Assembly (NCBI GenBank): GCA_030390025.1
Contig: JASTWF010000123.1
Location: 620,001 to 684,000 of the forward strand
Reading direction: 5' to 3'
DNA: 64,000 nucleotides
From: Squalus acanthias
Lineage: Eukaryota
Of this stretch, positions 25,013 through 36,745 are shown piece by piece. Both the position numbers and the translations under genes were made by a program. The notes under the pieces are model-generated. The model was not told the origin of the DNA, did no database searches, and was given only the letters and a program-made list of their open reading frames with translations. Numbering within the stretch: position 1 is the stretch's first letter; each line of letters starts with the position of its first letter.

Positions 25013-25954
25013 ATGGGAGAGCAGGTGATGTGTTACTGCTGCAATATGTGGGAGCTGGTGGACACCATTGATGTTCATGGTGATCACATTTGCAATAAGT
25101 GTTGGCTGCTCGAGAAACTCCGGCTCCGTATTGATGAGCTGGAGTCCGAGCTTCAAACACTGCGACACATCAGGGAGGGGGAGAGTTACCTGGACTCTGT
25201 GTTCCAGGAGGTACTCACACCAATTAGATTAACTAATTCAGATGTAGCCCGTGATCAGGGACAGGAGGGTGTGACTACGAGTGAGGCAGGTACGGGGATC
25301 CAGGAGGTAGTGTTGGAGGAGCCGCAGCCCTTGCTCTTGTCCAACAGGTTCGAGGCTCTTACTCCCTGTGAGGACGGGAGCAGGGACTGCAGGGAGGATG
25401 AGCAACCTGGCCACAGCACTGTGGTACGGGGAGCCATTCAAGTGGGGGGAGTAAAAAGAAAAGTTGTAGTGGTAGGGGATAGTATCATTAAGGGGATAGA
25501 TAGGGTTCTTTGCAGCCAAGAGCGAGAGTCCCGAAGGCTATGTTGCCTGCCCGGTGCCAGGGTTAAGGACATCTCCTCTGGGCTGGAGAGAAACTTGGAG
25601 TGGGAGGGGGAAGATCCAGTTGTCGTGGTCCATGTTGGTACCAATGACATAGATAGGACAAGGAATGAGGTTCTGCTGAGGGAGTATGAGCAGCTAGGGG
25701 CCAAATTAAAAAACAGAATCTCTGGATTACTACCTGAGCCACGAGCAAATTTGGCTAGGGTAAATAAAATCAGAGAGTTAAATGCGTGGCTCAAAGAATG
25801 GTGTGGGAGAAATGGGTTTTGCTTCCTGGGACACTGGCACCAGTACTGGGACAGGAGAGAGCTGTTCCGTTGGGACGGACTTCACTTGGCCAGTGCTGGG
25901 ACTAGAGTCCTGGCAAATCGAATAACTAGGGCTGTAGAGAGGGCTTTAAACTAA
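25013..25954 (+). CDS. CR1 ORF1 (Zn finger/coiled coil plus SGNH esterase); 15-nt in-frame deletion
   Basis: CxxC...CxxC, VGDSII, HVGTND and DGLHL motifs. Confidence 0.88.
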   Translation: MGEQVMCYCCNMWELVDTIDVHGDHICNKCWLLEKLRLRIDELESELQTLRHIREGESYLDSVFQEVLTPIRLTNSDVARDQGQEGVTTSEAGTGIQEVVLEEPQPLLLSNRFEALTPCEDGSRDCREDEQPGHSTVVRGAIQVGGVKRKVVVVGDSIIKGIDRVLCSQERESRRLCCLPGARVKDISSGLERNLEWEGEDPVVVVHVGTNDIDRTRNEVLLREYEQLGAKLKNRISGLLPEPRANLARVNKIRELNAWLKEWCGRNGFCFLGHWHQYWDRRELFRWDGLHLASAGTRVLANRITRAVERALN

Positions 25955-25992
25955 TTAGTGGGGGGGAGGTTTCAAGAGAGCAAAAAATAAAA

Positions 25993-28943
25993 ATGTCAGC
26001 GGAGAAGGCAATAGAGCAAAGTAGCAGTGGGGTAATTAAAAACCAGAGCGTGTCAGGAAGGGACAGAATATATAAAGATAAAGGTAAAGTAGTAAAGGGG
26101 GTAAAAGCAGGAATAAATTGTCACAGAACATATTTAAAAGTTCTTTATCTGAATGCACGCAGCATTTGTAACAAAATAGACGAGTTGACGGTACAAATAA
26201 CTACGTATGGGTATGATCTTGTGGCCATTACAGAAACATGGCTGCAGGGTGACAACGACTGGGAATTAAATATGCCAGGGTATTTAACAATCAGGAAGGA
26301 CAGGCAGGAAGGAAGAGGAGGTGGGGTAGCTATGTTAATAAAGGAAGGAATCACTGTATTACAGAGAAATGATATTGGGTCAAAGGATCAGGATAATGAA
26401 ACAGTTTGGGTGGAGATAAGGAATAATAAGGGGAAAAAAACACTAGTGAGAGTAGTATATAGGATCCTAATAGTTGCAACTCTGCTGGAAGAAGTATTAA
26501 TCAGGAAATAGTTGGGGCATGTAATAAGGGAACAGCTATAATTATGGGGGATTTTAACTATCATATTAACTGGACAAATCAAATTGGGCAGGGCAGCCTT
26601 GAGGAAGAGTTTATTGAGTGTATTAGGGATGGATTTCTTGAGCAGTATGTAACTGATCCTACAAGGGGGCAAGCAACCTTGGACCTGGTCCTGTGTAATG
26701 AGTCAGGATTAATTAATAATGTCCTAGTTAAGGATCCCCTTGGAATGAGTGACCATAACATGGTTGAATTCCATATCCAATTAGAGGGTGAGAAGGTTGG
26801 TTCTCAAACAAGCGTACTGAGCTTGAATAAAGGAGACTATGATGGTATGAGAGCGGAATTGATTAAAGTGGACTGGGAAAATAGATTAAAGGGTAAGACG
26901 GTACATGAGCAGTGGTGTTCATTTAAGGAGTTATTTTACAACTTTCAAAAAATATATATTCCACTGAGGAAAAAAGGGTGTAAAAGAAATGACAGCCATC
27001 CGTGGCTAAGTAAAGAAATTAAGGATAGTATCCAACTAAAAACAAGGACATATAAGGTAGCCAAACTTAGTGGGAGGATAGAAGATTGGGAAGTCTTCAA
27101 AAGACAGCAAAAAGTAACTAAAGGATTGATTAAGAAAGGGAAGATAGATTATGAAAATAAATTAGCAAAAAATATAAAAACAGATAGCAAGAGTTTCTAT
27201 AGTTATATAAAAAGAAAAAGGGTGGCTAAGGCAAACGTAGGTCCCTTAGAGGATGAGACCGGGAAATTAATGGTGGGAAACATGGAGATGGCAAAAATGC
27301 TGAACAAATATTTTGTTTCAGTCTTTACGGTAGAGGACACTAAGAATATCCCAACACTGGACAAACAGGGGGCTCTAGGGGGGGAGGAGCTAAATACGAT
27401 TAAAATCACTAAGGAATTGGTACTCAGTAAAATAATGGGACTCAAGGCGGATAAATCCCCTGGACCTGATGGCTTACATCCTAGGGTCTTGAGGGAAGTG
27501 GCAGTAGGGATTGTGGATGCTTTGGTAATAATTTTCCAAAATTCCCTGGACTCAGCAAAGGTCCCGGCAGATTGGAAAACTGCTAATGTAACACCCTTAT
27601 TTAAAAAGGGTAGTAGGCAGAAGGCTGGAAATTATAGACCAGTTAGTCTAACAGCTGTGGTGGGTAAAATTTTGGAGTCTATTATTAAGGAGACAGTAAC
27701 GGAACATTTAGATAAACATAATTTAATAGGACAAAGTCAGCATGGCTTTATGAAGGGGAAGTCATGTCTGACAAATTTGCTTGAGTTCTTTGAGGACATA
27801 ACGTACAGGGTGGGTAAAGGGGAACCAATGGACGTAGTGTATTTAGACTTCCAGAAGGCATTCGACAAGGTGCCACATAAAAGATTATTGCTCAAGATAA
27901 AAAATCACTGGATTGGGGGTAATATTCTGGCATGGGTGGAGGATTGGTTATCTAACAGGAAGCAGAGAGTTGGGATAAATGGTTCATTCTCGGACTGGCA
28001 ACCAGTAGCCAGTGGTGTTCCGCAGGGGTCAGTGCTGGGTCCCCAACTCTTTACAATCTATATTAACGATTTGGAGGAGGGGACCGAGTGTAACATATCA
28101 AAGTTTGCAGATGATACAAAGATGGGAGGGAAAGTAGAAAGTGAGGAGGACATAAAAAACCTACAAGGGGATATAGACAAGCTGGGTGAGTGGGCGGAGA
28201 TTTGGCAGATGCAATACAATATTGGAAAATGTGAGGTTATGCACTTTGGCAGGAAAAATCAGAGAGCAAGTTATTATCTTAATGGCGAGAAACTGGAAAG
28301 TACTGCAGTACAAAGGGATCTGGGGGTCCTAGTGCAAGAAAATCAAAAAGTTAGTATGCAGGTGCAGCAGGTGATCAAGAAGGCCAACGGAATGTTGGCT
28401 TTTATTGCTAAGGGGATAGATTATATAAACAGGGAGGTATTGCTGCAGTTATATAAGGTATTGGTGAGACCGCATCTGGAATACTGCATACAGTTTTGGT
28501 GTCCATACTTAAGAAAAGACATACTTGCTCTCGAGGCAGTACAAAGAAGGTTCACTCGGTTAATCCCCGGGATGAGGGGGTGGACATATGAGGAGAGGTT
28601 GAGTAGATTGGGACTCTACTCATTGGAGTTCAGAAGAGTGAGAGCCGATCTTATTGAAACATATAAGATTGTGAAGGGGCTTGATCGGGTGGATGCGGTA
28701 AGGATGTTCCCAAGGATGGGTGAAACAAGAACTAGGGGGCATAATCTTAGAATAAGGGGCTGCTCTTTCAAAACTGAGATGAGGAGAAACTTCTTCACTC
28801 AGAGGGTAGTAGGTCTGTGGAATTTGCTGCCCCAGGAAGCTGTGGAAGCTACATCATTAAATAAATTTAAAACAGAAATAGACAGTTTCCTAGAAGTAAA
28901 GGGAATTAGGGGTTATGGGGAGGGGGCAGGAAATTGGACATGA
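25993..28943 (+). pseudogene. CR1 ORF2 (APE plus RT), frameshift at about 26463
   Basis: YLNARS, ITETW, GDFN, SDH and FADD motifs; 1 bp shorter than copy 2 at YRPP. Confidence 0.92.
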
Positions 28944-29736
28944 GGCTGAGTTCGGATCGGTCGAGGCCCTGTGGATGGCGGAGCGGGCCCAGGGGCTGTG
29001 TGGCTGGGTCCTGCTCCTACTTCTTGTGTTCTTTAGATTTGAGGTGAGGATCAGATCAGCCATGATCTTATTGAATGGTGGAGCAGGCTCGAAGGGCCGA
29101 TTGGCCGACTCCTGCTCCTATTTCTTATGTTCTTATGTTCTTATTGTAAAATGCTGTTATTATTCAGCGAGTGTGTCTAATTCTGTTTACCCTTGGGGAG
29201 AATTTAAAAAAACACTTCCCTTGTGAACATTGAGCTCCTCTTGTTGACTGATGTCAGTATCCGGGAGGTGGGTGAATTTCTGCTTTCATCCAAAACCTAC
29301 TGGGTGATACAGGGCACCAGTTGGATCCCCGTGTCCTATCTCACCAATTTGCCTCAGGACCAACATTAAAGGGGCCAACCCCCCTTTTACTGGATCAATG
29401 TGACATTTCTCCCCCTCCACCCCCACCCGCTCTTCCAGCACCTCCTCCCACCCCACAGCCTCTTTGGGCGAGAGATGGGCTTCCAATTCTTGCCAACTAG
29501 AGTCAGAGCAGAGGGGCAATGAACAAGCTGTGGAGTCGGAACCCGATCCAAACTGGCCCGGCAGTGTTCACAACAAATTACCATACAGACAAGGTGTGGA
29601 TTGGGTGGGGGAACCCAAGCTCGGGCTGTATCTCCTCCCTCTGTTAACACTTCATCCCGACAGACACCATGGACTGGATTTGAACCCGCCAAACGGTTTG
29701 CAATAAAATTCACCGACCAATTCCATTCACGACCAA

Positions 29737-29909
29737 TCACTTTATTTCGCACATTTGTGGGTGACATTCATACTCGTGCTCAGCACCGTCAGAGAGGGTC
29801 ACGTTAAGGTTAGTCTGGTAGAGGAATCGCGGCATACACCCAGAACAAGAGCAAGTAGGACAAGAGCAAGCAGCATTTCCACCCGGAACAGGAAGATTTG
29901 TGTTTCCAC
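29737..29909 (-). CDS. IgW: IgW short-form Cys-rich secretory tail exon, copy 1
   Basis: TTCCAG acceptor in phase 1; GGN...CSCPTCSCSGCMPRFLYQTNLNVTLSDGAEHEYECHPQMCEIK-stop, resembling elasmobranch IgW-short/IgX tails. Confidence 0.8.
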
Positions 29910-30587
29910 CTGGAACTGTAAGAGTTGCAGATTTAAGCATTATACATTTTCACCTCCTCTCCCCTGTGCTGGGAAAGTGGGAGCTCCACACGGCCCCTGA
30001 ACTCTGCTCCATCCTGAGTTTTTTAGGATCCTAAAGGGACCAGATCATGGAGACCATGACAAGCTGTTTCACCTTGTCGAGGACAGCAGAACCAGAGCCC
30101 ACGACCTATGCTTGAAGCAGGATCGGGGAGGGGTTCAATGCAAATCTAATGTCGTGAGCCAATATTTCAGTCAGTGGTCGAATTCAAATGCAAAATTGGA
30201 TAGATTTCTTTCAGAAAATAACATTTGGGGGACAGTAGAAAGGGAGCAGGTAGGCGGTGATTTGAACTGTGGACGGTATCAGATGGGCCGCCCGTTTTAC
30301 ACCCCGCCCCATTTTCTTTTCTATTGAAATCAGCAGAGAGTAAAATTGGGCGAGGCTGTAAACGGGCGGCCGATCCCGGCAGTTTCCCCGCCCAGCGCGT
30401 TATGTTAAAATTACTCCCTTTAAGTGTCGATTGAATATCAACACAAAGTACTAAACATCTTGCTTCCCTCAACAAGGTCGATATTAGGGACAGTGATTCA
30501 CGAATTGAGGGCGAGCGTCAGCACTTTAAGTTAATACAAGGCTGAATTACTGACGGTAAATTCTTTTTCCCCTCAGACACCACTTAC

Positions 30588-30893
30588 CCTCTCGATACCT
30601 CATGCTGATCCTGTCATTGAAGCTCGAAGGTGTGCGGGACACTTCACAAGTGTAGACATTCCCTTTGGTCCATTCCTCCACAGGCACCGTCAGGTAAGTG
30701 ACCGTTTCAAAGGTAGCTTCAGTTCTCAGTGTGGCAGGGAGAACAACATCCGTTTGGTCCATTCCGGCTTTCTTCCAGGAAACCTGCAGGCTGTTGGGAT
30801 AGAATCCGGATATCACACAGCCCAGGACAGCTTTAGTTTGATTGTAGAGAACCTCCGGGGATGGAACAAGGGCGATGAGCTTCGGAGCTCGAG
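30588..30893 (-). CDS. IgW: IgW CH2 exon, copy 1
   Basis: TTACAG acceptor and GTAAGT donor, phase 1/1; C1-set motifs VLGCVISGFYP, VSWKK, EEW and YTCEV. Confidence 0.9.
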
Positions 30894-31536
30894 CTGTAAC
30901 ACATTGCCATATTTCAGATTACACGATTGTTTTGGCCACAGTAAAGGTGTGCTCCATTCCCCCAACATCTAGAGCAAGCGTCACGATGCCAGCCCCCTCC
31001 ATAATGTTGTCAATTTGCCGGTGATCATGTCATAAGAACATAAGAAATAGGAGCAGGAGTCGGCCATTTGGCCCCTCGAGCCTGCTCCGCCATTCAATAA
31101 GATCATGGCTGATCTTCTCCCTCATCTCCACTTTCCTGCACTATCCCCATGTCGTAAGGGTGAGACCCATCGTGACATGCTGGAGAGAGGTGGGATTGGG
31201 AGAGTTGGCAGTATACCTAGGGTATGCCAAGTGGAGCATCCCATTCTACAGTGATATGGAGCAAAGGCAGGTAAATAGGGGTGAGGTGCAGATCAGCCAT
31301 GATCTAATTGAATGGTTGAGCAGGCTCAAGGAGCTGGAGGGCCTACACCTGTTCCTGTATTCCTGTGTATAGGAGTAGATGGGGAGAAACTGTTTCCACT
31401 GGCAGGAGGGTTGCTAAGAATTCATTCGGGTTCTAATCTTCAACAACCTCCTACATTGGTTGGTGAAATTTCCTTGTCCAATTTCATCCCCCGACACCAG
31501 TGCAGTTTTAAATGGCAAATAATGTCTTGTACTAAC

Positions 31537-31856
31537 ATTTAGGTTCAGGTTTTCGGGTCTGAGCTTCCACCATTTCGTTTGACTTGTACTCCGCCTTGCA
31601 GTGGTAGACCCTATTGGCGTTCCAATCCGACACAGAGACTTTGAGCACACTGCTCATTGTGTACTTCATATTTTGCCCCAAGACTGCCGGATACTTCTTG
31701 ATTCCAGTAGTGATGTCTGCACCGTTACTGGACCATGTCTGACTGATGATCTCGGGCTGAAAGTCCTTGACCAGGCAGAGGAGGCTGATCTCATCTTGGT
31801 TGGAGTTCCTGCCACAGGAAAGGTTGGAGATGTAGACTGATGGTGTGGCCTGGACA
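31537..31856 (-). CDS. IgW: IgW CH1 exon, copy 1 (acceptor phase anomalous, possibly pseudo)
   Basis: [35 protein letters not shown] and YHC motifs; donor T|GTTAGT. Confidence 0.88.
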
Positions 31857-32003
31857 CTTGAAACATAAATAGATGCACACAGGTTCGTCCAGTAAAAAAG
31901 TGCATTACAGGCGGATGCAGCAGGAGAGATTTTGTTATGTGTAAAACCAGCCATTTCTGAAAACAATTACACTGATTCGCAAGGAGTTTACAGTTTTACG
32001 TCT

Positions 32004-32190
32004 CAGTTGTGGCTCAGTTGGTATCATGGTATCACTCTCATCTCTGTGTCAGAAGGTTGTGGGTTCAACCCCACTCCAGAGACTTGAGCGTATAATGTAG
32101 GCCGTCACTCCAGTGCAGTACTGAGGGAGTGCTCCACTGTCTGAGGTGCCGTCTTTCAGATGAGATGTTGAAGCGAGGACCTGTCTGCAT
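32004..32190 (+). mobile_element. Deu-domain SINE (SacSINE1-like)
   Basis: tRNA-like head plus CAGTACTGAGGGAGTGCT...GGTGCCGTCTTTCAGATGAG. Confidence 0.75.
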
Positions 32191-32845
32191 TCCCAAAACC
32201 AATTAATGTTTCCTGTATAACTGTCAGCACCAGATGATAGGAGTTTATAGAAAAGGAAGAATTTGCCACCAAATTATTAGAATTACTAAGTCTTGTTTAG
32301 CGGTGACATTGATTGGGAGATTAAAATACCTTAGAGTCTACACAAGTGACAGGCATAACCTAGAGGGAATGGTAATATGGGTAAGATAGCAAATAGGACC
32401 CGTAGAAATACATTGCGTAAGAGGTTGAGTGTTCAAATCCTGCCATGGCAAGTTGGGAAATTGAGACCATTAAATCTGGTGATTTCTGGGCTGGCACCAG
32501 TTAAAATGACTGGGAGAAGCTGCCGGATTGTGGGGAAAAACCCACCTGATTCATTAAAGTTCTTCAGGGAAGGGAACCTGCCGCCCCTCCCCGGTCTGGG
32601 CCTCCATGTGACTCCAGTCACACACATCACATGGCTGACTCTTAATGACTCCGGGCAACGAGAGATGGGTATTAATGCTGTAAGATTCCAGGAGTGAGTG
32701 TGGAATCAGGTAAACGACCAGCAAAAGCCAATCAACAGTTGGGAGATTCTCAGTGGAAACGTGGGGAGTTGTTAAGGAATTATTAACGAGGCTACAATGG
32801 TAATTCATTGGGGACAGGGCAGGGGGAGGGGTAGCAGGACACAAT

Positions 32846-33610
32846 GGCCTGAAAATTAAACCTAATACATGAGAGTACGCACTGTGTACTCTCGCGTATT
32901 AGGTCCCGAATTGCCGGTTTCCTGCATGCACTGCGCATGCGCGGGAAACCGGCACTTCGTGTATTGCAAAGGGGGCGGCTCCTAAGTGAACCACGTGCGC
33001 GCTACAGGTTGTGCGCATGCAGTGCACTTAGTTTTTTTTTCAGGTTTGAACGCGCAGGTAAGTGGTGAAGATTTTACACATGAAAAAAGGAGGCGTAGGA
33101 CCCCCTTTTAACAAGGTAAGTAGTTAATTAAGTGTTATTTTAAATTTTTTTCAACAGGTTTATCTTTTTTAGAGACTTTAAAGAAAGGTAAGTTTATTTT
33201 TATAACTTTTAAAAAGATTTTAAATTTTTTCAAAAATTTAATTTTTTGTTTAAAGTGGTTAATTTATTTAACTATACTTATTTTATTAATGTGATGGCTT
33301 TTTTTTAAAATTTAATTGAGGTTTAGCTGTTCTTTTGGGGGCTTGTAGTATTCATAGCTTTGACAGCCCTTGCTGTCAAAACTATGAATGAAAGATGGTG
33401 TGCTGCCATTGGCTCTAACTGAATCACGTGATCCCAGAGCTCGCACGAACTAATTGCGCCTCTGGGATACGCAAGCACTGCACGCTGGCAACAGGGAGAG
33501 GCTCTGAAACTAAAGTTCGTGTGGGCCCCAAACAAAAAGGTAGGCGCGGAGTGCGATATCGCGGGGAATCCTTACCCCCGCGGGAACCATCGATGTTTAA
33601 TTTCTGGGCC
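32846..33610. mobile_element. Harbinger-like MITE present only in copy 1
   Basis: TIR GGCCTGAAAATTAAAC / GTTTAATTTCTGGGCC, AAT TSD; empty site at 56375. Confidence 0.88.
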
Positions 33611-33639
33611 AATAGCAGAGAGGAGGGACAAGGTGCATA

Positions 33640-36600
33640 GAAAACTAGGAGGGATGAACAGCAACAAAACAAAGAATAGTGCAGAAAGAGCAGGAATTAG
33701 ATGGTGGATAAAAGCAAAGCTGACTAGCATGGTGTTGGAATGCATGTGTGTTAATGCGAGGAGTGTTCCAAATAACGAGCTACAGGCGCAAGTTGCCCCA
33801 TGGGGTTATGATATAGTGGCTATAACGGAGACCTGGCTTAAATATGGGCAGGAATGGGAACTAAACATTCCTGGCTGCAACGTATTCAGGAGGAATAGGG
33901 AAAGGAAAACGACAGGAGGGGTCTGGCAGTATTGATCAAGGATAATATTACAGTTCTACAGAGGGAAGAGATACTCGAGGGTTCAAAGACTGAGGGCACG
34001 AAATTCGGTGACGCCTTGTTTGGGGGCGGTAGCCGAGTTAAGACCGGAAATTTAGCGCCCAGCGCGGAAGTACCGCCCCGGCCGCTAAATTCGGCACTCC
34101 ACTTCCTGTTGGGGCGGTAACCGAGGTGATGTCGGGGCGCGCTCGGCGGAAGCTCCGCGGAGCGCTGCCGCGTTTCAACGTCCCTCCTCTTCATTTAAAG
34201 GGGAGGGCCACTGCACACTCTGCAGGGACTCCGATGGCCCACACTAGGCCACCACAGAGGGCCAAACTGGAGGTCAGCCAAACAAAGAAAATGGCAGCGT
34301 GGGTCATGGCCGTACCGCCCTTTTAAATACCGTCCCGGAGGTCGGCCCGGTTCGCGACCTGCGAGGCTGGCACTGACATTGCCCGCGGCAGCCTCGCGGG
34401 GCGCAGCCGAATTTCTGGCGCAGGGCAGTAAGGGACGTGGCGCTATCAGGAAGCGCCTCAGCAACGCCCCACCGAATTTCTCGGGAGGCGCTTTCCCCCT
34501 CCGGGCAACAAGCCTGTTGCGCCCCGTTAACGCCCCCCCTGGAGGTGCTAACGGGGCGCAAAGGAGCCGAATTTCTAGCCCTGAATCTATTTGGTTAGAG
34601 TGAAGGAACAGAAATGGAGCTGTTACATTGCTGGGTGTTTACTATAGCCCCCCAAATAGTGAGAAGGAGATAGAGGGGCAAATCTGTGAGCAAATTTCAG
34701 AAAAATGTTTAAAATAATAGAGCAGTAATAGGAGGGGACTTCAATTACCCGAATATAGACTGGGGGTAAAACAGAGTAAAGGGCAAGGAGAGTAAAGAAT
34801 TCCCAAACTGTGTACAGGAGAACTTTCTTAATCTGTATGTTTCTAGCCAAACAAGGAAGGAAGCAGTGCTGGATCTAGTTCTAGCGAATGAAGTTAGGAA
34901 AGTGGAGTTTGTTGCTGTGGGAGAAGATCTGGGTCAAAGTGATCATAATATAATTAGGTTTAAAGTAGTTATGGACAGGGACAAAGAAAAATCAACGGTG
35001 AAGAGAGCCAATTTCAGTGATTTGACGAGGGATCGAGCACAGGTGGACTGGAAACAAAGATTGTCCAGGAAAACAGTGAATGAGCAATGGCCGGCCTTCA
35101 CAGCAGAGATACTTCGGGTACGAACCAAACATATTCCCATAAGGAGGAAAGATGGGGCGTCCAAAGCTAGAGCTCCCTGGATGGCAAAGGAAATAGAGGT
35201 TAAAATAAAACAGAAAAAGGAGGTTTATGGCAAATGTCAGGTACAGAATAAAATCGAAAACTAGGCACAATACAGAAAGTGCAGAGGGAAATTGAAAAAG
35301 AATATAAGAAGGGCAAAGAGAGAATATGAGAAAAGATTAGTGGGCAATATAAAAGGGAACCCAAAAATCTTTTACAAACATTCAGAAAGTAAAAGGATAG
35401 TTAAAGGAATGGTGGGGTAGATTCGGGACAAAAAAGGAAATCTTCTTGTGGAAGCAGAGGGCATGACTGAGGTACTGAATGAGTACTTTGCATCTGTCTT
35501 CACAAAAGAAGAGGATGAAGTTAATGTCGCAGCAGAGGAGTGGGGAGTAGAGATACTGGATAGGATAAAAATAGATAGAAAGGAGATGCTAAATAGGATG
35601 GCATCACTCAAAGTTAACAAGTCACCCGGTCCAGATGGGATGCATCCCAGGTTGCTGAGGAAAGCTAAGGTGGAGATAACAGGGTCTGACCACACTCTTT
35701 CAATCCTCATTCGATAGGAGTGATGCCAGAGGACTGGAGCATTGTAAATGTTACATCCCTTTTCCTAAAAGGGGAGAGGGATAAACCTGGTAACAACAGG
35801 CCAATCAGTCTAATGTCAGTGGTGGGAAAACTACTAGAGACCACTGTCAAGGACAAAATTAATTCTCACTCGGAGAAGCATGGATTATTAAGGGACAACC
35901 AGCACAGATTTGTTAAAGGAAAATTGTGTCTGACTAATCTGATTGAGTTCTTTAATGCAGTAACAAAGAGGCTTGACGAAGGTAGTGCAGTAGATGTTGT
36001 ATCTATGGACTTTCAAAAGGTATTTATTCGCAAAATAGGAGGGACGGTGGTAACTTGGGTATATAACTGGCGAAGGGATAGGAGGCAGAGAGTAGTGGTG
36101 AACAGATGTTTTTCTGACTGGAGAGAAGTATGCAGTGGGGTCCCCCAGGGGTGGGTATTAGGACCATTGCTTTTCTTGTTATATGTAAATGACTTGGACT
36201 TGGGTATAGGCAAGTGTGTGAGATACTTGGCTTTATAAATAGGGGATTGAATACAAAAACAAGGAAGTCATGCTAAACCTTTACAAATCACTGGTTAGGC
36301 CCCAGCTAGAGTATTATGTACAATTCTGGGCACCACACTTTAGGAAGGATGTCAAGGCCTTGGAGAGGGTACAGAGGAGGTTTACCAGGATGATCCCAGG
36401 GATGAGGGACTTCAGTTATGTGGAGAGATTGGAGAAACTGGGCTTGTTCTCCTTAGAGCAGAGAAGGTTAATGGAACACCTAATTGAGGTTGTTGAAATT
36501 ATGAGGGGTTTTGATAGAGCAGGTAGGGAGAAACTGTTTCCTCTGGCAAGTGGGTTGGTAACCAGAGGTGATAGATTTAAAATAATTGGTAAAAGAAGTA

Positions 36601-36745
36601 GAGGGGAAATGAGGAGAAATGTTTTCACACAGTGGGTTGTTAAGATCTGGAACGCTCTACCTGAAAGGGTGGTAGAATCAGATTCCACGGGCACTTTCAA
36701 AAGGCAATTGCCTCCTTCTGCGTTGTAACTATTCTATGATTCTAT
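33640..36745 (+). mobile_element. Old degraded CR1 ORF2, copy 1
   Basis: NARS, ITETW, KSPGPDG, GVPQG and LVRPQLEY motifs, plus tail. Confidence 0.88.
33994..34581. mobile_element. Harbinger-like MITE in CR1, present in both copies
   Basis: TIR GGGCACGAAATTCGG / CCGAATTTCTAGCCC, TGA TSD; removal restores SKTESIWLE. Confidence 0.85.

Larger units (their letters stand above)
24950..29144 (+). mobile_element. Near full-length CR1 LINE, copy 1
   Basis: ORF1, ORF2, 3' UTR and (TTCTTATG)n tail. Confidence 0.95.

Noticed and set aside
29737-31856. IgM, IgNAR or TCR identity of the exons
   Set aside because: Two C1 domains followed by a separate Cys-rich tail exon, and the sequence motifs, fit IgW short form. 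This is from memory and should be confirmed by BLAST.
32004-32090. tRNA genes (also about 15930-16022 and 47150-47212)
   Set aside because: These are SINE heads continuing into Deu, V or other SINE bodies.
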